From an uncultured Candidatus Binatia bacterium (lineage in GTDB: Bacteria > Desulfobacterota > Binatia > Bin18): DNA of 64,000 bases. Of the stretch, positions 9,201 to 18,834 are shown piece after piece. Position 1 is the stretch's first letter. Every line of letters starts with the position of its first letter. The stretch covers positions 4,227,060 through 4,291,059 of the forward strand of contig OZ252051.1 in assembly GCA_965247985.1 (NCBI GenBank), written 5' to 3'. Both the position numbers and the translations under genes were made by a program. The notes below the pieces were generated by a model that had not been told where the DNA came from, searched no databases, and saw nothing but the letters and a program-made list of their open reading frames with translations.

Positions 9201-10460
9201 CTATAGCTTCCCCGCCTCCCGCAGCTCTTGTACCTGCGCCTCTTGTATAATCGCGCCTTCTTCATACAGCGCAGCGATCTGTTCGGCTGAATAGGACAAC
9301 TGCTCGCGCAGCACCTCTTCATTATGTTCACCCAGGAAGGCGGCGCGAAAGGGAATCTCGACGTTCGCATTGGAAAAATGAAAGGGCGATTTGGCAATCG
9401 GGGTTGAGCCCAGCAGCGGATGCGGCACGTCTTGAAACAGGCCGCGGGCTTTCAACTGCGGATGCGCAGCCGCACCAGGAATATCCAGGATCGGAGCGGA
9501 CGGCACCCGGGCTTCGGCCAAAATTTTCAGTGGCGTTTCGTCGTCTTCAAACGTTTGGAGCCAGTCTTCGATATGTTTACGAACCTCTGCACTCCGCTGT
9601 ATACGATCCTCCATTGTGGCGTAGCGTTCGTCCGTCGTCAGTTCCGGCTTGCCCATCGCCTTGGTTAAGGCCGGCCATTGGTGACCGGCGACGGCAAAAA
9701 CGAGATAGCCTTTTTTTGCCTTGTACACGCCATAGGGACACAAATTAAAAAAGTCCCCACCAAAACGGTGGGGCACAATGGAACCCTGACTCATCATAAA
9801 AAGCGGGAAGTTGACGTAGTCCAGGTAGACCAGAGATTCGAGCTGCGACACGTCAATATACTGCCCCTCCCCACTGCCGGCGCGGTGAAAGAGCGCGGCG
9901 CAGATTGCGAGCGCCCCATGAATACCCGCGTTCGGATCACCAAAATAGTTACCAACATAGGTCGGTGGCCCATCCGGTTCCCCGGTCATGGCCATCACGC
10001 CACTCTGGGCCTGAGCGATAATGTCAAAGCTGGTATGGGTGGCGTATGGCCCATCCTGACCATAGCCTGACACCGAGCACATGATCAGTTTGGCGTTCAG
10101 CTCTTTGAGCGTGTCATAATCCAGCCCATGCCGGGCCATCACCCCAGGACTGTAATTTTCAACCACAACGTCCGCCTTGCGCACCAGTTTATAGACGATT
10201 TCCTTTCCCTTCGGATGCTTGATCTCAACACATACACTTTTCTTGCCGGCGCAGGCGGCGAGATAGAGCGCACTTTGGCCATGCTCCACAAGATGGATCT
10301 GACGTCCCAGATCACCGCCGGGCGCGCGTTCGATCTTGATCACATCCGCGCCTAGGTCGGCCAGAATCCGGGTCGCAGATGGCCCGGCAAGATACTGGGT
10401 GAAGTCGAGCACTGTTATGCCAGATAGGAGTTTTTGTGCAGCCTTCGTATTGTCAGCCAT
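9201..10460 (-). CDS. Family III CoA-transferase (CaiB/BaiF)
   Basis: LSGITVLDFTQYLAGP, LADLGADVIKIE, ADVVVENY, catalytic Asp in YFGDPN, LGEHNEEVL. Confidence 0.92.
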   Translation of the reverse strand: MADNTKAAQKLLSGITVLDFTQYLAGPSATRILADLGADVIKIERAPGGDLGRQIHLVEHGQSALYLAACAGKKSVCVEIKHPKGKEIVYKLVRKADVVVENYSPGVMARHGLDYDTLKELNAKLIMCSVSGYGQDGPYATHTSFDIIAQAQSGVMAMTGEPDGPPTYVGNYFGDPNAGIHGALAICAALFHRAGSGEGQYIDVSQLESLVYLDYVNFPLFMMSQGSIVPHRFGGDFFNLCPYGVYKAKKGYLVFAVAGHQWPALTKAMGKPELTTDERYATMEDRIQRSAEVRKHIEDWLQTFEDDETPLKILAEARVPSAPILDIPGAAAHPQLKARGLFQDVPHPLLGSTPIAKSPFHFSNANVEIPFRAAFLGEHNEEVLREQLSYSAEQIAALYEEGAIIQEAQVQELREAGKL

Positions 10461-10653
10461 TTCTCCTCCTCAGAGTAGTCGCAATAGACTTAAGCCTGTT
10501 GGATTGTGGCTGATCAATCCAGAATTGACAATGAGGTCGCAGGCATGGTCCGCTTGACTCAGGTTGCCAGTCACCTACGATAATAAGGGCGCGATTGAGA
10601 AGATTGGGTCAGGCACGCAGCAAAAACACAAAGCGCAGCAGAAAGGATCTGTC

Positions 10654-11634
10654 ATGTTGATCCAAACCCGACACGGCTGGGAAATTCCTGAGCGTACGGC
10701 AACCCCGGAAGATATCTACCTCAACCGTCGAACATTTCTGCAAGCGCTCGGGATCGCTAGCATCAGCACGCTGGGTCCCTTTGGGCTGGCCGGGTGTGAA
10801 AGCTCGGGCGCAAAAGAAGCTCCTCTGGTTCGAGGCGTCCCTGAACCAAGCGCAACAGCCGACCTCTACCCGGCGCAGCGCAACGAACGGTTTACACTTG
10901 ACCGTCCCCTCACGGACGAAGTGGACGCCGCGTATTACAATAATTTTTACGAGTTCAGCTCGCGTAAAAAGCTGGTCGCGCGCCTGGTCGAGCGCTGGCA
11001 GACCCGCCCCTGGCAGGTTGAGGTGGCCGGTCTGGTTCACAAGCCACAGACCTTTGATGTTGACGACCTGGTGCGGAAGATGCCGCTTGAAGAGCGCCTG
11101 TACCGCCACCGCTGCGTGGAAGCGTGGTCCATGGCCGTGCCCTGGACCGGCTTTCCCATCAAGGCGCTGGTTGATCTCGTCCAGCCGCTCGCCTCGGCCA
11201 GATACCTGCGCATGGTGACGTTCAACGACCCAGAACACGCGCCCGGTATGCGCAATGACACCTATCCGTGGCCGTATCACGAAGGGCTCAGCATGGCCGA
11301 GGCCACCAATGAGCTGGCCCTGTTCGTGACCGGCATTTATGGCCACGAGCTGACCAAACAGCACGGTGCACCGATTCGGCTCGTGGTGCCGTGGAAGTAT
11401 GGCTATAAAAGCATCAAGTCGATTGTGCGTTTAGAGTTTGTCGCAGAACAGCCAAAGACATTCTGGAATACCTTAATCCCCTGGGAGTACGACTTTGTTG
11501 CCAACGTGAATCCCGCCGTCCCTCATCCCCGTTGGTCCCAGGCGAGTGAGCGCATCCTGGGGACAAGAGAAGTCAAGGCAACCCTGCCCTACAACGGCTA
11601 TGGAGAGTTTGTCACATCTCTGTATAAAACATGA
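10654..11634 (+). CDS. msrP: Protein-methionine-sulfoxide reductase catalytic subunit MsrP (molybdoenzyme)
   Basis: Tat signal NRRTFL, YNNFYEF, RCVEAWSM (Mo-binding Cys), GAPIRLVVPWKYGYKSIKSIV, HPRWSQA. Confidence 0.93.
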   Translation: MLIQTRHGWEIPERTATPEDIYLNRRTFLQALGIASISTLGPFGLAGCESSGAKEAPLVRGVPEPSATADLYPAQRNERFTLDRPLTDEVDAAYYNNFYEFSSRKKLVARLVERWQTRPWQVEVAGLVHKPQTFDVDDLVRKMPLEERLYRHRCVEAWSMAVPWTGFPIKALVDLVQPLASARYLRMVTFNDPEHAPGMRNDTYPWPYHEGLSMAEATNELALFVTGIYGHELTKQHGAPIRLVVPWKYGYKSIKSIVRLEFVAEQPKTFWNTLIPWEYDFVANVNPAVPHPRWSQASERILGTREVKATLPYNGYGEFVTSLYKT

Positions 11635-11685
11635 AAACAAGCGTCTGACCCGACGACCGGAGGAATACGCGGGGACTATCTTTCT

Positions 11686-11718
11686 TCGACTTTCCGACTT
11701 TTGACTTTTCGACTTTCC
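11686..11718 (+). repeat. Short tandem repeat, about 4 copies of a 7-8 nt GACTTT-core unit
   Basis: tcgactttccgacttttgacttttcgactttcc immediately upstream of the MBL start codon; a similar degenerate run occurs near 55523-55545. Confidence 0.6.
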
Positions 11719-11722
11719 AATC

Positions 11723-12769
11723 ATGCCCACCCTCGTCCTCTCCAGCGTTCTTCTGTTTTTCTTGCCCCTCTCCTGTTCGCTTCCCCCCGACCGTACCCCC
11801 GAGCTGAACCCTGACCCGTCGCTGCTGTATGCAGCCCACGGTCAACCTGGGGAGTGGTTCAATCCCTGGCGGCCTTCAAACAAGCGCTGGACCGATCTGT
11901 TTCGCTGGGTGGTCTCGCGTAGCGCCTATAGCGGCGAGTGGCGCGACCCGCCGGTCGTTCGTCGGGTGGACAACGATGGCAGCTCGTTTGCCACGCCCGA
12001 ACACTCCGCCTCCGTTACCTGGGTCGGGCATTCGACTTTTGCTATCCATGACGCCGAGGATGTATTTCTGACTGACCCCCACTTTGGCAAGCGGGCGCTT
12101 ATCCCAAAGCGTTACCATCCACCCGGCGTACCAATGACCTCGATTCCGGGGAACGCCTTTGCCGTGGTCTCGCATAATCATTACGACCATCTCGATGCCT
12201 ATACGGTTGAGAATTTGCCCCGGACCGTGACTTGGTTTGTCCCTATGGGACTCGGCGAGTGGATCGAAAAGAAGGGCAGAAAGGCGGTCGAACTCGACTG
12301 GTGGCAAACTGTGCAGCATGGTCGCTGGCAGGTCACCTGCGTTCCCGTGCAACATTGGTCGCAACGTATTGAGCAATCACGGGATTCGACCCTGTGGTGT
12401 GGCTGGGTCATTGCCAATGCAGAACGGACCTATTTTTTCGCCGGTGATACCGGATATTTTCACGGCTTTGCCGAGATCGGGAAGAAATTTGGTCCGATTG
12501 ATGTTGCCATCCTGCCTATTGGAGCCTATGAGCCCCGCTGGATCATGCACTATTCTCACCTGAACCCAACCGAAGCCTATCAAGCCTTTCAGGATCTCAA
12601 AGCACGCTGGATGCTGCCGTGTCACTGGGGCACCTTTCGGCTGACCGATGAGCCCATAGACGAGCCACCGCGAGAACTCCGGCGGGTTATTGAGCAAGCC
12701 GGCGGGACGCTCGGTCCAATTAAAATTTTCGCTGTTGGCGAGCGGTGGAAGATTCCGACAGGGCAATAA
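11723..12769 (+). CDS. MBL-fold metallo-hydrolase (NAPE-PLD/RomA-like), probable lipoprotein
   Basis: TWVGHST, SHNHYDHLD, FAGDTGY, LPIGAYEPRW, HWGTF; hydrophobic N-terminus ending LPLSC. Confidence 0.88.
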   Translation: MPTLVLSSVLLFFLPLSCSLPPDRTPELNPDPSLLYAAHGQPGEWFNPWRPSNKRWTDLFRWVVSRSAYSGEWRDPPVVRRVDNDGSSFATPEHSASVTWVGHSTFAIHDAEDVFLTDPHFGKRALIPKRYHPPGVPMTSIPGNAFAVVSHNHYDHLDAYTVENLPRTVTWFVPMGLGEWIEKKGRKAVELDWWQTVQHGRWQVTCVPVQHWSQRIEQSRDSTLWCGWVIANAERTYFFAGDTGYFHGFAEIGKKFGPIDVAILPIGAYEPRWIMHYSHLNPTEAYQAFQDLKARWMLPCHWGTFRLTDEPIDEPPRELRRVIEQAGGTLGPIKIFAVGERWKIPTGQ

Positions 12770-12774
12770 GAACA

Positions 12775-12802
12775 ATAGGGACGCGGCAGGTCGCGCCCCT
12801 CC
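12775..12802. repeat. Degenerate GTAG-type REP-like palindrome
   Basis: ATAGGGACGCGGCAGGTCGCGCCCCTCC between convergent genes; resembles the GTAGGGGC...GCCCCTAC copies elsewhere in the window. Confidence 0.55.
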
Positions 12803-12810
12803 GATTCATG

Positions 12811-13755
12811 TTACTGCGCAAACGTCTCAATCGCCTTCTGGACGGCCTGGGCATAGGTTTGGTCTCCGACCGGCACTGGATTGAGGATCGGCATGTGAAT
12901 GCCAGCTTCGCGGAAGGCGGCGAGTTGGTCTCGGCAACGTGAGGGCGGGCCTATTACTGACAGCTCGTCCGCCATCGTGTCGTTCGCTCCCTGCCCCTGA
13001 CCGTCGGCGAGTTTCGCCGCTTCCGCTTCAAACCCGCTGTCGTGAAACAGCTTATTATAGAAGGGCAGGCCACCATAAAAACCTAAGTTGGCTTTTGCCG
13101 TTTCCACAGCAGCATCCATATCGTCGTGAATGCAGGACGGAATACCCGTGGTAATATCAATGTCTGAAATCGGACGACCGGCCTTGGCAGCCCCTTTCTC
13201 GACCGCGGCCAGGGCGGCGGGGATGCGGCTCTTGGGACAGAGATACAGCATCACGCCGTCGGCCAGCTCTCCGCTCAGGGTGACTGTGCCCAAGGCCAGC
13301 GCCCCGATGTAAATGGGAATGTGATTCGTTGCCGCACGCGGTTGCATGGCCATGCCGGGCAGTTCCTTGCCCGCGGCCATGTCACGAATCGCGCCAATAT
13401 ACTGGCGCATGAAGGTGCGCGGTTTGTCCATTTTTTCTTCGTACAGCCCTTCGACAATAGGCCGGTGGCTGACCCCAAGACCGAGTATCAACCGGCCGTC
13501 TGAAGTATCGTCAATCGCAATGGCCGTTTGCGCACACAGCGCGGCGTGGCGCAAATAGATGTTCGCAATCCAGGTGCCGACCTTAATCCGTGAGGTGGCC
13601 TGGGCCATAATCTGGCAGTTGATCAGAGAGTCATTCATAAACTCCGGTGAAAAAATCGCCTCAAACCCAGCCGACTCCGCACTCCTGGCCAAGTCCTGCA
13701 ACTCGGTAAACGTCAGTCCTGACATATTGGCAGCAACCACTCCGATACGGGCCAT
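12811..13755 (-). CDS. LLM-class (luciferase-like, possibly F420-dependent) oxidoreductase
   Basis: AESAGFE, ATSRIKVGT, GRLILGLGVSH, IPIYIGALALG, GELADG. Confidence 0.88.
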   Translation of the reverse strand: MARIGVVAANMSGLTFTELQDLARSAESAGFEAIFSPEFMNDSLINCQIMAQATSRIKVGTWIANIYLRHAALCAQTAIAIDDTSDGRLILGLGVSHRPIVEGLYEEKMDKPRTFMRQYIGAIRDMAAGKELPGMAMQPRAATNHIPIYIGALALGTVTLSGELADGVMLYLCPKSRIPAALAAVEKGAAKAGRPISDIDITTGIPSCIHDDMDAAVETAKANLGFYGGLPFYNKLFHDSGFEAEAAKLADGQGQGANDTMADELSVIGPPSRCRDQLAAFREAGIHMPILNPVPVGDQTYAQAVQKAIETFAQ

Positions 13756-13874
13756 AGCAATACCTCCTTTTTCTTGTCCTGCACGCTTTCAATGCGGTGT
13801 GTAGCGTATCACCTCTCCACTGTCAGACAACTCTTGTTTATTGATTTATGAGGCTCTTTCGGTTAGCAGAAAAC

Positions 13875-15398
13875 ATGCTTTCTACCGCGTTGTCTGGGGC
13901 CTTGGTTGGCATTGATGGCTTGCTGGTTGAGGTCGAGGTTGATGTAGCCCTGGGTTTACCCCAGTTTACCACTGTCGGTCTGCCTGAGGGAGCCGTCCGA
14001 GAGAGCAAAGACCGGGTCCGCTCTGCCATAAAGAATTCCGGCTACGAATTTCCCGCGCGACGCATTACCGTCAATCTCGCTCCCGCGGACGTCAAGAAAG
14101 AAGGCTCAGCCTACGACCTCCCGATTGCCCTGGGCATTCTTGCAGCTGAAGGCTGGCTCACCAAAGAACAACTCGAATCCCACGCAATCTTAGGCGAACT
14201 CTCACTCGACGGACGAGTCAAGCCTATACATGGGGCTCTGCCATTAGCCGTTATGGCAAAGGAAAAAGGGCTCAAGGGATTGATTGTACCCACAGAAAAC
14301 GCGGCCGAGGCCGCGGTTGTTGACGGGGTTGCGGTCTTCGGTGTGTCCACCTTGAGTGAGGCATTCCTGCTCCTCAACGGTGAGCAGCCCCTCGACGCGA
14401 CGGTTGTTGACGTTAACACCCTCTTTACCCAGCACTCCAAGTACGAGGTTGATTTTAACGATGTGAAAGGTCAAGAGCACGTTAAGCGGGCGCTCGAAGT
14501 CGCGGCCAGCGGAGGGCATAACCTGCTCTTAGTTGGTCCACCGGGGTCTGGAAAGACCATGTTGGCCAGACGCCTGCCAACGGTGCTGCCCATGCTGACC
14601 CTCACCGAAGCGATTGAAACGACCAAGGTCCACAGCGTTGCCGGCTCCCTCAACGGCAGCGCTCTCATTGCGATTCGGCCCTTCCGCACCCCGCATCATA
14701 CCATCTCCGATGCTGGCATGATCGGCGGCGGCAGTGTCCCCAAACCGGGCGAGGTCTCCCTGGCGCATCATGGCGTGCTCTTTCTGGATGAACTGCCGGA
14801 GTTCCGCAAGAACGTCCTCGAAGTCTTGCGCCAGCCCTTGGAGGATGCCCGCGTCACCATTTCACGCGCAATCGGATCAATTACGTATCCGGCGGACATC
14901 ATGCTGGTTGCGGCGATGAATCCGTGCAGTTGCGGGTTCTTCGGTGACCCGCAGCACGAGTGCACCTGCTCCCCACACCAAGTCCAACGCTATCGAGCCA
15001 GGATTTCCGGCCCATTATTGGATCGCATCGACATTCAAGTCGAAGTCCCGGCGGTCAAGTATAAAGAGCTGAGTGACAAAACGACGGGTGAGGATTCGGC
15101 GACCATTCGGACACGGGTGAACCATGCCCGTGAAATTCAGCTCCAACGCTTCTCACAGCGCAATATCTTCTGTAATGCCCAAATGTCCAGCCGGGATATC
15201 CGCACGTATTGTCAGCTCGACGCAGCCGGTGAGAAGCTCCTGGAAAACGCCATGCAACGCCTGGGTCTGAGCGCCCGCGCGTATACCCGCATTCTCAAAG
15301 TCGCTCGCACCATAGCCGACCTCGCCGGTGAGGACCACATCACCGGTGCCCATATTGCGCAGGCGATCCAGTACCGGGCCTTGGACCGGGGTGAGTAG
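13875..15398 (+). CDS. comM: ComM/YifB Mg-chelatase-like AAA+ ATPase
   Basis: [53 protein letters not shown], Cys cluster NPCSCG...CTC. Confidence 0.93.
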   Translation: MLSTALSGALVGIDGLLVEVEVDVALGLPQFTTVGLPEGAVRESKDRVRSAIKNSGYEFPARRITVNLAPADVKKEGSAYDLPIALGILAAEGWLTKEQLESHAILGELSLDGRVKPIHGALPLAVMAKEKGLKGLIVPTENAAEAAVVDGVAVFGVSTLSEAFLLLNGEQPLDATVVDVNTLFTQHSKYEVDFNDVKGQEHVKRALEVAASGGHNLLLVGPPGSGKTMLARRLPTVLPMLTLTEAIETTKVHSVAGSLNGSALIAIRPFRTPHHTISDAGMIGGGSVPKPGEVSLAHHGVLFLDELPEFRKNVLEVLRQPLEDARVTISRAIGSITYPADIMLVAAMNPCSCGFFGDPQHECTCSPHQVQRYRARISGPLLDRIDIQVEVPAVKYKELSDKTTGEDSATIRTRVNHAREIQLQRFSQRNIFCNAQMSSRDIRTYCQLDAAGEKLLENAMQRLGLSARAYTRILKVARTIADLAGEDHITGAHIAQAIQYRALDRGE

Positions 15399-15405
15399 AG
15401 TAAAG

Positions 15406-15501
15406 GTGAAGCCTCCGAGTCACAAAGACGGACTGCTTGCCGTGCTCGCGCCCCTGGAGCCGCTGGACGACTCGTTCCCGCATGAAGTCGTGAAGCTGTA
15501 G
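15406..15501 (+). pseudogene. Probable C-terminal remnant of an AbrB/MazE-type VapB antitoxin
   Basis: Translates to VKPPSHKDGLLAVLAPLEPLDDSFPHEVVKL*, which resembles from memory the LLAxLxxLxPLDExFP tail of VapB antitoxins; no N-terminal domain. Confidence 0.4.
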
Positions 15502-15530
15502 GTCAGGCGAGTCGATTTTGACACCGCTTT

Positions 15531-16523
15531 TTATTTCCAGACGGCCTGAGCGACTCGCAAAAAATTTCCGCCCAGGATTTTTTTGATATCCGCCTCGGCG
15601 TAGCCACGCGCCAACATCCCCTCGACGACCGCGCCGAGAGCGTCCGGGGGGAGCATATTGATGCCGCTGGTATATCCCTGCTCGGGTGGAAACAGCTCAG
15701 GGTGTTGCCGAACGTAGTCGTCCAGTTCTTGCCGGTCAAAAGCATAGTCCAGGCCAATACCGATATGGTCCGGCCCGATGAGTTGCACGGCATAGTCTAC
15801 GTGCTCAACATAGCGCTGGGCCGTGGCCTCGTTATTGCCCAGAAAAATACCAATGCCGTTGAGACCCATGACCCCCCCGCTGGCAGCACAGGCTTTCATC
15901 ACTTCGTCGCGTACATTACGGGGGTGATCCCACAGCGCACGCGGATTGGAATGGGACAGGATAACGGGGTTGGACGAATACTCCAGGGTCTCCAGCGCGG
16001 TGCGCTGCCCGACATGTGAGCAGCACGCTACCATACCGACGCGCGCCATCTCGTCCAACGTCTGTTTGCCAAACTCTGTCAGTCCACAATCGTCATCGTG
16101 GCAGCCGCCCCCCAGGCGGTTGTTCTTATTATAGGCCAGCAGCATCCAGCGCACGCCTAAATCATAATAGGTGGGAATCAGGTTGATTTGGTCGTCGATC
16201 GCCCCGCCGCCCTCAATATCGAAAAAGACGGCAAGCTTATGTGTACGCTGGGCTTCCTGAATGGCTGCGACTGACTGCGCCAGCATATAGTCTCGTGGAT
16301 GTCGCTCAATCCAGCGTCGAAAGTGGGCAATGATGCGGAAGGTGTGATGCCACTCGAATTGGTCAAAGCCAACGTTGAGGCTGACGACGGTAAAGCCGGC
16401 CTGGCGATAGCGCTCAAGCTGGGGCAGAAATGCATCATCGGCCCGTAGGGGCATGCAACCATGATTGTCCCAGACCAGACTCTGGGCAATCAGCGCTTTG
16501 CTCCGACTGAGATCCTGAGACAT
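15531..16523 (-). CDS. Membrane dipeptidase family (peptidase M19)
   Basis: DIEGG, YDLGVRWMLLAYN, GLTEFGK, SHSN...HPRN, HIGIGLDY, KILGGNFLRV. Confidence 0.88.
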   Translation of the reverse strand: MSQDLSRSKALIAQSLVWDNHGCMPLRADDAFLPQLERYRQAGFTVVSLNVGFDQFEWHHTFRIIAHFRRWIERHPRDYMLAQSVAAIQEAQRTHKLAVFFDIEGGGAIDDQINLIPTYYDLGVRWMLLAYNKNNRLGGGCHDDDCGLTEFGKQTLDEMARVGMVACCSHVGQRTALETLEYSSNPVILSHSNPRALWDHPRNVRDEVMKACAASGGVMGLNGIGIFLGNNEATAQRYVEHVDYAVQLIGPDHIGIGLDYAFDRQELDDYVRQHPELFPPEQGYTSGINMLPPDALGAVVEGMLARGYAEADIKKILGGNFLRVAQAVWK

Positions 16524-16633
16524 AAGATACCCAGATCATACGCGCCGGCTGACCGGTGGGTCAATGGAAAAGTCCACAGCTTGACAGGCACAAGAAAAAC
16601 GGGCTATGGCTGGCTTCATTAAGGAGGGAGTCT

Positions 16634-17437
16634 ATGCCGTACGTCGAAAGGGAAAAGGGAGTTCGGATTCACTACAATCACTATGGCCATGGGTTTCCCC
16701 TGGTCTTTTTACACGGTTTTTCGGCCAACGCTTGGCTCTGGGCGTATCAGGCTCCAGTCCTTGCCCACAAATACCACTGCATCGTCATTGAAGCGCGCGG
16801 ACACGGGCTCTCCTCCAAGCCGCTCACGGGCTATTCCATTCAGGACATGGCGGCAGACGACGCTGCGGCCCTGGCGGCCCTGGGTATAGATCGAGCAATT
16901 TTGGTCGGTAACTCGATGGGCGGGATGCGGGCCATGCAGATGAGCCTCGACTATCCACATCTGGTCGCCGGGAATGTCATCATCAGCAGTGCGACCAATC
17001 TGAACCAGACCCTGGATGCCGCCGAGCTGATTGCCAGCTTTCAGAACGATTACGAGGCCGCCACGGCAGACCTGGTCGCCCGCTGTTTCTCGGCCAAGAC
17101 CCGGACCGAGCGGCCCGAAGTATGTCAGATGATTAAGAACAACTTCCTGAACGAGGGCGGCTTTCCACGTCGGGTCGCCCTGGCCTGCCTGGAAGACCCC
17201 AACGGTGTGTGGCAGTGGGATATCTCAGATCGCTTACAGGAGATTACCCAGCCCACCTTGGTCCTGGTCGGAGAGGAAGACCAGGCGACACCAGTCGCGG
17301 CCAATCGTTTTCTGGCCGAGCGGATTCCCGGAGCCGAACTGCGCGTGCTCAAAGAAGTCGGCCACTGCTACGAGATCGAACGGCCGCTCGAATTTAACCA
17401 GGTGCTAGAGGAATTTGTCGCTCAGCACGGGCACTGA
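16634..17437 (+). CDS. Alpha/beta-fold hydrolase
   Basis: PLVFLHG, RGHGLS, nucleophile elbow GNSMG, GEED and GH triad positions; AAGGAGG SD. Confidence 0.9.
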   Translation: MPYVEREKGVRIHYNHYGHGFPLVFLHGFSANAWLWAYQAPVLAHKYHCIVIEARGHGLSSKPLTGYSIQDMAADDAAALAALGIDRAILVGNSMGGMRAMQMSLDYPHLVAGNVIISSATNLNQTLDAAELIASFQNDYEAATADLVARCFSAKTRTERPEVCQMIKNNFLNEGGFPRRVALACLEDPNGVWQWDISDRLQEITQPTLVLVGEEDQATPVAANRFLAERIPGAELRVLKEVGHCYEIERPLEFNQVLEEFVAQHGH

Positions 17438-17465
17438 CCGAGTTGTTCAGTGTTTGAACCGTCCC

Positions 17466-18668
17466 TCAGCGCACCCACACCTGTGTGAGGACGCGTACGA
17501 CATTGCCGCCTATGACCTTGGCAATGTCAGCATCCGTATAGCCCTGCCTGACGAGCCACCGGACGATATTAGGGAAATCGGCTGGATTCTCTAAGCCATC
17601 AACGTACTCGACTGCTTCAAACGCCTTCGTGCCGAGTATCTTGTCAACCGACAACTGGGCCGCGTAGGCACGGTGCAGCCCGACATGATCGCCGAACATG
17701 GTGTCCGGTCCAAACCCAACATGCTCAATACCGATCAGCCGGACTGCATATTCAAAATGCTCCATGCACGATTCTATACTGTGGCGCGGATGCTGCTCGG
17801 TCAGGGTCGTGTGCGGAGCTGCTTCGATTCCCAGTATGCCTCCCTTGGCAGCCATAGCCTCCAACACGTGGTCCGGCTTGAGTCGTGGGGTGTCCCATAA
17901 TGCCCGCGCCCCGGCGTGGGAAATTACGATGGGCAGCTCGCTTTCCTCAATAATGTCCAACGTCGTCTGATCGCCGCAATGGGCCGTATCAATCAGGATT
18001 CCAAGTTTATTCATACGCCGTACCGCCTGGCGTCCAAAATCGGTCAGGCCGGCGTCTCGTCCCTCTCGCAAACCGCTGCCCAAAGCGTTGGCTTCACTAT
18101 AGGCGACGCCCATGCTGCGCACGCCAAATCCATACAGCACATCGAGCCGGTCCAGTTCGTTCTCTATCGGCGTTGCTGACTCAAGCGTCGGCACCAGGGC
18201 GAGCCGCTGGGCCTCGTGGGCCGCGATAATATCTCGAACGCCGTCGCAGATAAGAATAAAATCCTGGTGGGCCAGGTCGCACAAACGCATGCCCAAGTCG
18301 TGGATGACATCATTCCACTTCCAGCCGGCCTGCGAGGTAATCGTACACAGGCCGTTCATCAAATTGTCAAAGATGCCGTCCAACCCAGAGGTCGCCAGTC
18401 CCTGAAAGCCGGTGAAGTCCCGACCCAGGCGCTTTTGTTCGAAGAGATCGTTGACCTCCTCCGGGACCACGACCGGATGGTCGTGCATGGAGATCGCAAT
18501 ATTCTCGGCTAACAGTCTCTGCACTCGCTCTTCCTCAGCCGGTGCGAGCGCAAGCTGAGAAGAGGCCACCCGCCCGATTTCTTTGGCCAGCCGAAAGCGC
18601 TTGTAGTCGCGCGGTGCGTCTAAATACTGGTAGGATTGATAGCCTGTATACTGCTTGTGACGTCCCAT
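17466..18668 (-). CDS. Membrane dipeptidase family (peptidase M19), second paralogue
   Basis: SMHDH, GLTDFGRQAVRRMNKLGILIDTAH, SHAGA, HVGFGPD, KVIGGN. Confidence 0.88.
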   Translation of the reverse strand: MGRHKQYTGYQSYQYLDAPRDYKRFRLAKEIGRVASSQLALAPAEEERVQRLLAENIAISMHDHPVVVPEEVNDLFEQKRLGRDFTGFQGLATSGLDGIFDNLMNGLCTITSQAGWKWNDVIHDLGMRLCDLAHQDFILICDGVRDIIAAHEAQRLALVPTLESATPIENELDRLDVLYGFGVRSMGVAYSEANALGSGLREGRDAGLTDFGRQAVRRMNKLGILIDTAHCGDQTTLDIIEESELPIVISHAGARALWDTPRLKPDHVLEAMAAKGGILGIEAAPHTTLTEQHPRHSIESCMEHFEYAVRLIGIEHVGFGPDTMFGDHVGLHRAYAAQLSVDKILGTKAFEAVEYVDGLENPADFPNIVRWLVRQGYTDADIAKVIGGNVVRVLTQVWVR

Positions 18669-18834
18669 GCGCAGCCTTCCTTTTGGGTTTTCAGTGGAGA
18701 GCCCTACTTCCGGGTGGATACTCCTCCGCTAGCGCTGACCCCACCAACTTTCAAGAGGCAGCCGCATTTCCGAGTGCCCGATTGCTCCAATACAAAGCTA
18801 TGAAACTCTCTTGCCTTATGTTTAATTGCGCCTC

